Shown here piece by piece: positions 8,724 to 18,100 of a stretch of DNA of 64,000 bases. The notes beneath the pieces were generated by a model. That model ran no database searches, had not been told where the DNA came from, and saw only the letters and a list, made by a program, of their open reading frames with translations. The stretch is from the NCBI GenBank assembly GCA_903868795.1, contig CAIPWR010000041.1:18540-82539 (forward strand), in the 5' to 3' direction. Every line of letters begins with the position of its first letter. Position 1 is the first letter of the stretch. Source of the stretch: an uncultured Spartobacteria bacterium (GTDB taxonomy: Bacteria > Verrucomicrobiota > Verrucomicrobiia > Chthoniobacterales > UBA6821). Position numbers and translations under genes: made by a program.

Positions 8724-9908
8724 ATGGCACTTCTTCGTTTTTCCATCTTCCGCTGGCTTCCATGGGTTCTCCTCGCCCTGGGAGTCGCAGCCTTTCTGAA
8801 ATGGCAGAGTGCAGCGCCCCCTGTGAACTACATCACAGGCACCATCACCCGAGGTACCCTCGAGGATGCGGTCTCGGCGACGGGCACGCTGGAGGCTAAG
8901 GAGTACGTCGACATCGGTGCCCAGGTCTCGGGCATCCTTCAGAAGATCCACATTCAGATCGGCCAGTCCGTGAAGAAGGGTGATTTGCTTGCCGAGATCG
9001 ACCCGACTTTGTTTCAGGCCCAGGTGGTCCAGGGTGAGGCGACCCTCGATAATTTGGACGCGCAAATGGATGCGGCCAAGGCCACGCTCACGCTGGCTGA
9101 GCAGAGGCTCACCAGAAACAAAAACCTGCTCAAGAGCGATGCGGTGAGTCAGGATGAACTGAACTCATCGCAGGCCGATTATTCGCGCGCCCAGGCTAAT
9201 ATCGAAGCCCTGAGTGCCCAGATCGACAAGGCCAAGGGAAGCCTCGATGCCACGAAGGCCCAACTTGATCATGCCAAGATCTACGCGCCGATCGACGGAA
9301 GCGTGACCCAGATTCAGGCTCGCGAGGGCCAGACCCTGAACGCCAGCCAGACCGCGCCCATCCTCTTCCGCCTTGCGAATCTCGATTCCATGACGGTGCA
9401 GGCTCAGGTATCGGAGGCCGATATCGAGCGCGTCCACACCGGGATGCCCGTTTACTTCACCACCCTTGGAGATCCCGACACTCATCATGACAGTACGGTG
9501 GGGGTTATCACATCCTCCTCGCTCAGCACCTCGCCCCCCGTCTTCTACAACACGATCTTCGACGTCCCCAACGAGAAACACTCCCTCCTCCCGGACATGA
9601 CGGCCCAAGTCTACTTCCCCATGATCTCGAGGACCAATGTTCTCATCATGCCGCTGGCCGCCCTCGATTATGCACGGCATCAACTTCCTGCTTCCGAACT
9701 GCGCCCCGTGGGCAAAGGGAAAAAACCTAAGCCGACGAAGGTTTTCGTCCTGGGTGACAACGATAAACCCGAAGTCGTTGAAGTGACCTTGGGAATCAAG
9801 AACCGAGTCTCGGCAGAAGTCCTTTCGGGGCTCTCGGACGGGGATGAGGTGATCACCGGCCCCGTGGATTTCGGGCTGAAGGCCCGCCCCAGGGTGATGA
9901 TCCACTAA
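8724..9908 (+). CDS. macA: efflux transporter periplasmic adaptor (MacA/HlyD family)
   Basis: N-terminal membrane anchor, lipoyl-like region, a long coiled-coil hairpin (LDAQMDAAKATL...IEALSAQIDKAK), and a beta-barrel C-terminus. It sits upstream of macB. Confidence 0.85.
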   Translation: MALLRFSIFRWLPWVLLALGVAAFLKWQSAAPPVNYITGTITRGTLEDAVSATGTLEAKEYVDIGAQVSGILQKIHIQIGQSVKKGDLLAEIDPTLFQAQVVQGEATLDNLDAQMDAAKATLTLAEQRLTRNKNLLKSDAVSQDELNSSQADYSRAQANIEALSAQIDKAKGSLDATKAQLDHAKIYAPIDGSVTQIQAREGQTLNASQTAPILFRLANLDSMTVQAQVSEADIERVHTGMPVYFTTLGDPDTHHDSTVGVITSSSLSTSPPVFYNTIFDVPNEKHSLLPDMTAQVYFPMISRTNVLIMPLAALDYARHQLPASELRPVGKGKKPKPTKVFVLGDNDKPEVVEVTLGIKNRVSAEVLSGLSDGDEVITGPVDFGLKARPRVMIH

Positions 9909-9938
9909 GTCGTGTTGGGTGCGACCGCATAGACTGCC

Positions 9939-11927
9939 GTGACCTCCTCTTCCGACCATCCATCCCCAGCCATCCTGATGGAGGGTGTGATCAAGCGGTA
10001 TCCGGTGGGGGACTCCGAGATCGAGGTATTGCACGGGGTATCGCTCAGGATCGAGGTGGGGGAATTTGTGGCGATCATCGGCCCCTCAGGTTCGGGCAAA
10101 ACGACCCTTATGAACATCCTCGGCCTCATGGACTCTCCGACCGAGGGGTGCTTCGAGCTCAATGGCCGCGACGTTTCCAGACTGAAGCCTGATGAACGAG
10201 CCGAGGCGCGTGGCCGCCTCTTCGGTTTCATTTTTCAGCGCTATAACCTGCTCACCACCCAGACTGCCGTGGAGAATGTGGAGCTTCCCGGTTCCTACAT
10301 CGGGATGCCGGCCGCAAAGCGTCGTGAGAGGGCCCTCGCCCTGCTCCAGGAGATCGGTCTCGGACATCGTGTGGAGAACAGGCCCACACAGCTCTCGGGA
10401 GGAGAACAGCAGCGGGTCGCCGTTTCCCGGGCCTTGATGAATGGGGGAGGCATCATCCTCGCTGACGAACCGACGGGCGCACTCGATACCGTTCGAGGGC
10501 GTGAGCTCATGGCCAGGATCCACGGACTGCACCGCGCGGGCCATACAGTCATTCTGATCACCCATGATCCCGGCATCGCGGCGGAGGCACCGAGGGTGAT
10601 CCGGATCGTCGATGGGAAGATTATTTCCGATGAGACCTCCGTACAGGATCCCGCCGCTCCATCTTCTCCGGAAGTGGAAGCAGGCACTCCTGCTCCGCCC
10701 GTTCTTCTACCCGCTCCGGAAAAACGGCGTCGTCTCATCCTGCTGGCCGACCTGATGGAGGCTCTCCGCATGGCCAACCATGCCCTCAGAGCGAATCTCT
10801 TCAGGACGTTTCTCACCATGCTGGGCGTTATCATTGGAGTCGCCTCCGTGGTCACCATGCTTTCCATCGGGGAGGGATCCCAGCAGAGTATGATGCGTTC
10901 GATGAGTCGCATGGGGACAAATATCCTCAGGATCGAGCCCGGTGCCAAAACATCCCTGAGCGGAGGCAATCTCACGCTTCAGGATGTCGCTGCCATCAGC
11001 GATCTGAGTCATATCCTGCATGTTGTGCCGCGGGTCTGGTCCACGCAGATGCTCAGGTATCGTGACAAGACCTACTCCTGTTCGGTCGTTGCCGCATCGC
11101 CGAACTATTCCGAAGCGGAGAATCGCCTGATCGTACGTGGTGGGTTCTTTACTGAGAATGACAATGCCCGATGCGCGTCTGTCGTCGTGTTGGGAATGAA
11201 AGCCTGCCTGGAGTTGTTTGGCAGTGGCGTGGACCCCGTCGGGAAATATATTCTTCTCAATAACGCGCCCTTCATGGTCGTGGGAGTGGTCACGGTCCGC
11301 GGGGGAAGCGGAGATGGACGCGATCGTGAGGATGACGTGGCCATCATTCCGCTGGCCACGGGAGAGGCGAGGATTTTCCGAAGCACCAAGCTCTCGCAGA
11401 TCGGAGTCCAGGTCGATGAATACAAAAATGTCGACCTTGTGCAGGATGAGATCAGGAGTCGCCTGAACCGCTTGCGCCAGCAGGAGGACTTCCGGATTTT
11501 CAACCAAGCGGCCATGATCGAGGCGACCAAGCATGCGCAGGACACCTTCCGATTCCTGCTTGGGGCTGTGGCTTCGGTGTCACTGGTCGTGGGGGGAATC
11601 GGCGTCATGAACATCATGCTTGTCAATGTGGTCGAGCGGACGCGCGAGATCGGGGTAAGGATGGCTTGCGGCGCCCGTAGCCGTGACATCCAGTTTCAGT
11701 TTCTTGCCGAGGCAGTGCTTGTCTGCCTGCTGGGAGGACTGCTCGGGGTCGCCCTTGGGGCGATCCTCTCGTGCGTGATCGTGGTGGGTGATACCAAGCC
11801 GGTCCTGACCCTTGGGCCGATCCTGCTCTCCTTCACCGCCGCGTTTATCACAGGAGTGCTTTTTGGATTCCTTCCGGCGCGCAAGGCCTCGAGGCTTGAT
11901 CCTGTCGTCGCTCTCAGCTCCGAATAA
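9939..11927 (+). CDS. macB: MacB-type ABC efflux pump (fused ATPase and FtsX-like permease)
   Basis: Walker A GPSGSGKTT, signature LSGGEQQRVAVS, Walker B ILADEPTGALD. These are followed by four TM helices with a large periplasmic loop and a C-terminal FtsX-type end (PARKASRLDPVVAL). Confidence 0.9.
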   Translation: MTSSSDHPSPAILMEGVIKRYPVGDSEIEVLHGVSLRIEVGEFVAIIGPSGSGKTTLMNILGLMDSPTEGCFELNGRDVSRLKPDERAEARGRLFGFIFQRYNLLTTQTAVENVELPGSYIGMPAAKRRERALALLQEIGLGHRVENRPTQLSGGEQQRVAVSRALMNGGGIILADEPTGALDTVRGRELMARIHGLHRAGHTVILITHDPGIAAEAPRVIRIVDGKIISDETSVQDPAAPSSPEVEAGTPAPPVLLPAPEKRRRLILLADLMEALRMANHALRANLFRTFLTMLGVIIGVASVVTMLSIGEGSQQSMMRSMSRMGTNILRIEPGAKTSLSGGNLTLQDVAAISDLSHILHVVPRVWSTQMLRYRDKTYSCSVVAASPNYSEAENRLIVRGGFFTENDNARCASVVVLGMKACLELFGSGVDPVGKYILLNNAPFMVVGVVTVRGGSGDGRDREDDVAIIPLATGEARIFRSTKLSQIGVQVDEYKNVDLVQDEIRSRLNRLRQQEDFRIFNQAAMIEATKHAQDTFRFLLGAVASVSLVVGGIGVMNIMLVNVVERTREIGVRMACGARSRDIQFQFLAEAVLVCLLGGLLGVALGAILSCVIVVGDTKPVLTLGPILLSFTAAFITGVLFGFLPARKASRLDPVVALSSE

Positions 11928-11932
11928 AACGC

Positions 11933-13417
11933 GTGATGACAACCCGAAGCCTCCATGCCCTCCGGATCGGGATCATTCTCCTAAACTTCGTGGGACTTGT
12001 GGTCTTGCTTGGCGGCTGTGCCACCCCCCGGAAGGTGGCCCCGACGTCACCCGTGACGCCCCCTCCGAATTGGAAAGCCACATCCTTGAAATCGCCTCTC
12101 GCCCCATCCGGCTGGCTGGCCACATTCCATGATTCCCGTCTGGATGCCGTGGTCAGGGAGGTTAATGCGGACAACTACGACCTCAAGGCCGCCGCCGCCC
12201 GCTTGCAGGGAGCCATAGCCCAGTCACGAGTGACGGCCGCAGATCTCTATCCCCAACTCGGTCTGAGGGCTGGAGCCAATGCCAATGACAGCCCTCTCTA
12301 CAACGGGCGCAGCCTTCAGTATCAGCTGACCCCTGGAAACTGGAACTACACCGTCAACCTAGCCCTCAGCTGGGAGCTCGATGTCTGGGGAAGGTTGAGA
12401 TCCCAGACGCAGGCTTCCAAAGCGGATGCCGCCTCCGCTCTTTTCAGCTACGAGGGTGCTAGGCTCTCGCTGGCGGGCGAGGCAGCCAAGGCCTGGTTTG
12501 CCGTTCTGGAGAGCCGTGAACAGGTGAACATTGCGGAACAGACCCTCGCTAGTCTCAAGAAGACGCTCGCCCTGACCGAGACACGCCATCTGAATGGTGC
12601 TGTCTCCTCGTTTGACGTTCACCTTAGTAGCGCCAGTGAAACCTCCGCGGAGAACGATCTGGTCCAGCGTCGTCAGAATCTGGCGGATGCGAAGCGCTCC
12701 CTTGAGACGCTGCTTGGCCGTTATCCCTCAGCCGAGATGGACATCGAGCATGCGCAACTGCCAACCCTCATTCCTCAGGTGCCCGTTGGCATCCCCTCCG
12801 AACTCCTGCTTCGCCGCCCGGATCTGAGGGCCGCGGATTGGACGCTCTTTGCCTCCGAGAACAGACTCTTCTCGGCCAAGGCAGAGCGCCTTCCCCGCTT
12901 TGCACTGACTTCGACGGCGGGGACTCCCACCGTTCTCCTGCAGAACCTGACCAACGACCAGAACTTCATCTACACAGTCGCCGGCAACCTCACCGAACCG
13001 ATCCTCGACGGCGGACGAATCAGTGCAAACATCCGGGTCAACAAGGCGACACGCGATGCCGCGGCCGCAACCTATGCCCAGCAAGTTCTGAACTCCTTCC
13101 GAGAGGTGGAGAACGCCCTCTCCAACGATGCTACCCTGGCCTCCGAGCAAGTGCTTCAGGAGCGTGCCTTGGAGGATCTTCGCGAGGCCTACCGCATCGC
13201 GAACGTGCGCTACAAATCGGGCCAGATCGACATCGTCTCCCTGCTCCAAGCCCAGAACAGCATGCTTGCCGCGCAGAGCACACTCGTCCACACGAGGCTC
13301 TTGCGACTCAACAACCGCATCAATCTCTTCCTGGCGCTCGGGGAAAACGTCGGGCCCGGCGCCTCGTCCTCACGGTTCCGCGACTCCTCCCTCAGCTTGC
13401 TGTTGAAGGGCGCCTGA
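11933..13417 (+). CDS. efflux outer-membrane factor lipoprotein (NodT/TolC family)
   Basis: Lipobox LLGGC and two TolC-like repeats (LRRPDLRAADW...). It is the third gene of the macAB operon. Confidence 0.85.
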   Translation: MMTTRSLHALRIGIILLNFVGLVVLLGGCATPRKVAPTSPVTPPPNWKATSLKSPLAPSGWLATFHDSRLDAVVREVNADNYDLKAAAARLQGAIAQSRVTAADLYPQLGLRAGANANDSPLYNGRSLQYQLTPGNWNYTVNLALSWELDVWGRLRSQTQASKADAASALFSYEGARLSLAGEAAKAWFAVLESREQVNIAEQTLASLKKTLALTETRHLNGAVSSFDVHLSSASETSAENDLVQRRQNLADAKRSLETLLGRYPSAEMDIEHAQLPTLIPQVPVGIPSELLLRRPDLRAADWTLFASENRLFSAKAERLPRFALTSTAGTPTVLLQNLTNDQNFIYTVAGNLTEPILDGGRISANIRVNKATRDAAAATYAQQVLNSFREVENALSNDATLASEQVLQERALEDLREAYRIANVRYKSGQIDIVSLLQAQNSMLAAQSTLVHTRLLRLNNRINLFLALGENVGPGASSSRFRDSSLSLLLKGA

Positions 13418-13427
13418 TCGGGATCTT

Positions 13428-13979
13428 TCAGAACGGCATCTCGAGCGGATCTCTCCGCGCGAGTTCCCACGCCAGCAGGTCTTTCTTTCGATCGAGCCCC
13501 CAGCGGTAGCCGGTCAGTCTGCCCCGGGAAATGACCCGATGGCACGGGATCAAGACGGCGATGCCGTTGGATCCCACGGCCCGTCCGACCGCACGGGCAG
13601 CCTTGGGTCGCCCGATCGCGCGGGCCAGTTCCCCATAGGTCAGGGTGATCGCATCGGGACTTCGCCGCAGATATTCCCAGATCGTGATCTGGAAAGGCGT
13701 CCCGATCGCGAGAACTGGAACAGATGCGGGATTTTCAAAACCTTGCGCGATTACTTTCTCGACCTCCGGAGAGTAGCGCAAGTGCGTCTTGGGCCACTCG
13801 GATTGCAGGGAAGCAACGCCCTCCTCCCGACTCTCGACGAAGCGAAGCGCTAGTAGATGATCCCCTGAGATCAGTGCGATGCAGTCACCGAAGAGGGAGC
13901 GGGCGACTCCGTAGAGTAATTCTCCCTCCGAGCGCAGGGATCGGACTCGGGCATCATGGGGTGAAAGCCAGAGATCCAT
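13428..13979 (-). CDS. ogt: methylated-DNA--protein-cysteine methyltransferase
   Basis: Active-site motif IPCHRVI and the helix-turn-helix-wing region (TYGELARAIGRPKAARAVG). Confidence 0.9.
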   Translation of the reverse strand: MDLWLSPHDARVRSLRSEGELLYGVARSLFGDCIALISGDHLLALRFVESREEGVASLQSEWPKTHLRYSPEVEKVIAQGFENPASVPVLAIGTPFQITIWEYLRRSPDAITLTYGELARAIGRPKAARAVGRAVGSNGIAVLIPCHRVISRGRLTGYRWGLDRKKDLLAWELARRDPLEMPF

Positions 13980-13996
13980 GCTTTAGCAAAGACTTC

Positions 13997-14614
13997 CTAG
14001 GGATGATGGGTATCTTCTCCGGACAGATGGATCAGCACCTCATTCCGCCTCATGAATCCGGGCGTCCATGGCGGATTATAATAGGCGTAGATAGGCGTTC
14101 CGGAGACCGGGAGGTTTTTCGAGGTGGCCCATGAGAGGAGCTTTTTCGAAGCAGCCTCGCTCGGTTCCGGCTTACTGGGGCCCGAGAAGCGATAGACGGC
14201 GTAGCGTGCGGCAGGCTTCGTGCTGACTGTCACATCGGGATTGGAGGGAGCCGGGACGCCATGTTCGGCGACATCCTTCGGGACAATGAAGCTCATCGTG
14301 CCTGAGACGGTGCCGGTCATCAGGACCGGCGTGGTCATCGAGATCTTCTGCGAGTGCTCATTCCGCCCAGAGATGAAGCGGAAGAGCCTCATGAAGGAGC
14401 CATCCTCTCCCCGCTTCTGCATCGGTGTGGAGACGATCGTGAGTGCGGGATAATCCCGGATCTCGAAGGCGCCCTCCTTCTCGATCACCTGATAGTCGGG
14501 AGTCTCGTACTTGGACTTGGAATTCGAATTGGAGCACCCCGGAAGGAGTGAAAGGAGCAGGGCAATCATGGGGAGAAGCCATTTTGTGGAAGAAAAAGGG
14601 GAATCAGACTTCAC
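13997..14614 (-). CDS. SOUL heme-binding family lipoprotein
   Basis: Signal/lipobox LLPGC. SOUL pattern YETPDYQVIEKEGAFEIRDYP...LFRFISGRNEHSQKISMTTPV...AYYNPPWTPGFMRRNEV. Confidence 0.8.
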   Translation of the reverse strand: MKSDSPFSSTKWLLPMIALLLSLLPGCSNSNSKSKYETPDYQVIEKEGAFEIRDYPALTIVSTPMQKRGEDGSFMRLFRFISGRNEHSQKISMTTPVLMTGTVSGTMSFIVPKDVAEHGVPAPSNPDVTVSTKPAARYAVYRFSGPSKPEPSEAASKKLLSWATSKNLPVSGTPIYAYYNPPWTPGFMRRNEVLIHLSGEDTHHP

Positions 14615-14789
14615 AAGGCAACTTCATTCTAAATTCCTCTGGCGTCAAAGGATTAAACGGCTCTTGTCCTTCTAAGCGGGGCGTCATGGCCAAGCCACCG
14701 AAAAAACAACCCTCGAAATATAAAAAGCAAATCCAAAGCGGATTTTTCGACTTTAGGCCAAGCGCCCGTAGACCCTGATAAAAAGAGAG

Positions 14790-14863
14790 TGCAGCCATGA
14801 GGAGTCGAACCTCAAACCTTCTGATCCGTAGTCAGATGCTCTATCCAATTGAGCTATGGCTGC
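14790..14863 (-). tRNA. tRNA-Arg (anticodon ACG)
   Basis: The reverse complement folds by hand into a 74-nt cloverleaf: 7-bp acceptor GCAGCCA/TGGCTGC, D arm GCTC/GAGC, anticodon stem TCTGA/TCAGA with loop CTACGGA, T arm TGAGG-TTCGACT-CCTCA. No encoded CCA. Confidence 0.95.
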
Positions 14864-14931
14864 TTGAAAGGGGGTCGTAATTAAAGACGAGAACCGGTGA
14901 CAGGTCAAACCGGAATCACGCTTTAGGGAAA

Positions 14932-15120
14932 CGCTGATTTAATCCCATGATGGCCGCTGAAGACCAGTTGCTGATTTGACGGCACTTGCCTTCCGGTAAG
15001 CAGTGCCGCCCTCACGGGTTCCGCTACGCGGACTTCTCCGCGCCCGTTCCCACGGGCTTGGTTTTGAAGGCGCGAGCGCTGGGCGATACCTGCAACGGCC
15101 TCTATGCGATTAAATCAGCG
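14932..15120. repeat. 13-bp perfect inverted repeat pair (CGCTGATTTAATC / GATTAAATCAGCG) enclosing 163 bp between tRNA-Arg and the chitinase stop
   Basis: 14932-14944 is the exact reverse complement of 15108-15120. A third partial copy, GCTGATTTGAC, lies inside. Confidence 0.6.
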
Positions 15121-15125
15121 CTTCC

Positions 15126-18100
15126 TTAGAGCTGACTCATAGTCACCGAGGTAAAGTCCGTTCCCAGATTCTTCTCCAGCGTGGAGATCGCCTGCTCGAG
15201 CACGCTGTAGATTTTGGAACGGTCCGACGCATTTCCGAGATCGAGCACTACTGTTGAGGTGAGGCCATTGATGGAGAGGGCGCTCTGGTACGCGCTCTGG
15301 GCCGAGGCTGCAGGGACTGTGCCGTAAACGCCGGTGGAGTTCACATACCCGAGCTTCTGGAAGATGTTCGAGAAGAGTGTCCCTAGCGATCCCATGTTCA
15401 CGGCGACATGGTTCGAGGAGGTTGTCGTGACTGAAAGGTTCGTCGTGCTGGGGGTCGGAATGTTGAAGAGCTGATTGAGATAGCCGCGCACCTGGTAGGG
15501 GTACTGCGCGTAGGAGTCCCCGCCCCAAGCGTTGCTGAACGAGCCCATGGCCGCAACGGTGGCAGTCGTGGCATTCTGGCAGCTCTTGGAGGAGGCGGTC
15601 AGCAGCGGGCCATAATAGCCTTGATTATAGGCTTGGTTCAGCAGGATCTCGAGGGGGCTGTCTGCCAATCCGATGAATTTGCCCAGACTACTGTAAAAGT
15701 AGGGCTGCCACTGGGGTGTCCAGCCATAGGAGGCAGGGCTCCAGGGGGTGCTCAGGCTAGTGCCTCCGATGTATTGGAGCGCCACGTAATCGTTGAAGTG
15801 GAAGTAGGCGCAGAGCATCGGGCCGAAGTAGAGGTCATTGAAGCTCGAGGGTGTGGGCAGGGAGTGCTGATTGGCAGCTCCCGCCATGGTGTAGCCGATG
15901 TTTTTTTGCAGGGCGACGTAGTTAATGAGCGAGAAGCCGGCGGGTGCGTAGGATCCACCCACCATGTCGGCTGCATAGTTGTTAATTTGGTAGGGGCCGC
16001 CCTGACCGGCCCCCATGACCGCAGCCTGGAGGGGTGAGGGGGCCAGCTGGGTGCTTCCCTTGGTATAGTATTGGGAGGCGATGTTTTCCTGCAGGAGCTG
16101 GCCGAGGAGTGATCCGTAGAGGTAGTCCTTGCTGAAGAGGATCCCAGGGGTCGCCTTCTGGATCAGATGGCCGTACATCACTCCCGCCGTGAGGTTGGAG
16201 AGAATCAGGTCTGTGTAGGTGTCGCCATCAAGAGTCATCGTGTCCTGGGGTGAGGTCGGGCTGACTCCGTAGTAGTAGTGGAAACCTAGCGAGCCCGACG
16301 TGATGACGCTTCCCGAGGAGGGTGCGGGTGTAGGCGTCGGGCTGCTGGTGGGTGAAGGGGTAGGTGTCGCCGTGGGTGATGGAACGGGGGTTGGGGAGGC
16401 GGATGGGGTTTGCGTAGGGCTGGGCGAGGGTGAAGGAATCGGGGTCGCTGTTCCCGATCCGAAGAGGGTCACTGCTGCCGAGGCGATGGTCGAGGGGACG
16501 GCGGAGCTGACGCTGGCGCCGGTGGGTCCGGTCAGGGCGATCGGTGTGGTCAGGAGCAGATCCCAGACCATGAGACCATCCTTTGGGTTGACTCCATTGG
16601 CCAGAACATGAGCGGCATTGCGCTGAACGGAGTAAGGGGCGTTCAATACCTTGCCGTACTGGTCGAGTTGGATCACGGTTCCGGCCTGATAGGCGTCGGC
16701 GTTGTTCACCACAAGGATTGCACCTCCCCAAGCCTCGTTCGGAATTTCTAATCCGATGGAGACGGCGGTCGTCGCGGGCAGGAGCGCACGGTACTCATCG
16801 TAGGCGACGGTCGGGTCGTAGTGCTGATAGCCGGCGTCATACGACATGATGTTCACGGCGTCGGGAAGCGCTCCGACTGTGCGGCCCGCGTAGGCACCGG
16901 TCGTGATGGTGCTGGCAAAGGTGAGGCGTTCCCTTCCGGCTGAGCCACCCCAGTAGGAGATCTGGTTGGCATTGGTGGGATTATGAACCGCTGCCGTGTA
17001 GTCGGCGCCCGTGGACCAGGCAGCCACGGCTAGCTGACGTGCGCGTCCATCGGCGCTGTTTGCCTGATCGATGGCCTCTCTCATCGCCTGAATCGCCTGA
17101 GCGTAGTTCGAGACAGTCACGGAATCAGCCCCGTTCACCTCGTAGTCCACATCCAATCCGTCGATCTTCAGGTCGACCATGATCTGGGCAAGGGCGGTGC
17201 GAATCGGCGTGGTTGAGGCGCCGGCTGTTTTGCCGGCTTCGGCGGCCAGTCCGGCCCAGTTTCCATAAGTCGCGCCACCTACCGAGAGCAGGACACGCTG
17301 TCCGGCTTGATGGAGGAGTCGGATTGCCTGGGCTACATCCTGGGGCGCCGAAGAGAACTGGATGCCCGTGCCCGTCCATGTGTTGGCAGCGATGCCGGAC
17401 CAGCTGAAGTTCGGTTGGGCGAAGGCAATGCAGATGTCAGTGTAGGGAGTCTGACTGATGGCGGCGAGTTTGCTGGCGGCGATTAATTGCGCATCGGTCA
17501 TTGGGGTGCCGCTATAGCCGGCGTAGTAGTAGTATGGGTCCGACCAGCTGGGGAAATAGCCTGTGAGGTGTCGGGCCGAGAGTCCACTTCCGGAGGATGA
17601 GGGAGTAGGAGTTGGTGTGGCAACGGGGGTCGGCACCGGTGTGGCGCTGGGGCTTGGCACGGGGGTGGCCGTTGGCGAGGGAGTCGGTGTCGGGGTTGCC
17701 GTGGGAGTAGCGCTAGGAGTAGCATTAGGCGTAGGCGATGGTGTCGGGGTTGGAGTGGGGGAGGCTGCCGGTACTGCAACCGAGAGAGGAATGGATGTCC
17801 CGTTGACAACAAGTCTTGAGGGTTTTGCGGGCGGAGCTCCATTGAAGGTGAATCCTACCGAGACGGAGCCGCCTGCCGGGATCGAGGCGTTCCACGAGGC
17901 TGGAATGATTTGATACCCGCCAGTTACCGAGGAACTGGTCGCATTCCAGATGGAGGCGACTGTATCAGCGTCCGAGAGGGCAGCGCTCCAGCTTGCGAGG
18001 GCGGATGTGCCCACATTGTTGATGATCAGATTGGCGTTGTATCCGGTATCCCATACGGAGGTCACTTGAAAGAGGCCTGTCAGCGCCGTAATTCCAGGCG

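Noticed and set aside
3510-11534. Other long antisense or out-of-frame ORFs (3510-4397, 8604-9065, 9165-10034, 10295-10975, 10707-11534, 11105-11689)
   Set aside because: Each overlaps a gene with strong family motifs on the other strand or in another frame. None has a recognisable domain, signal peptide or plausible start context.
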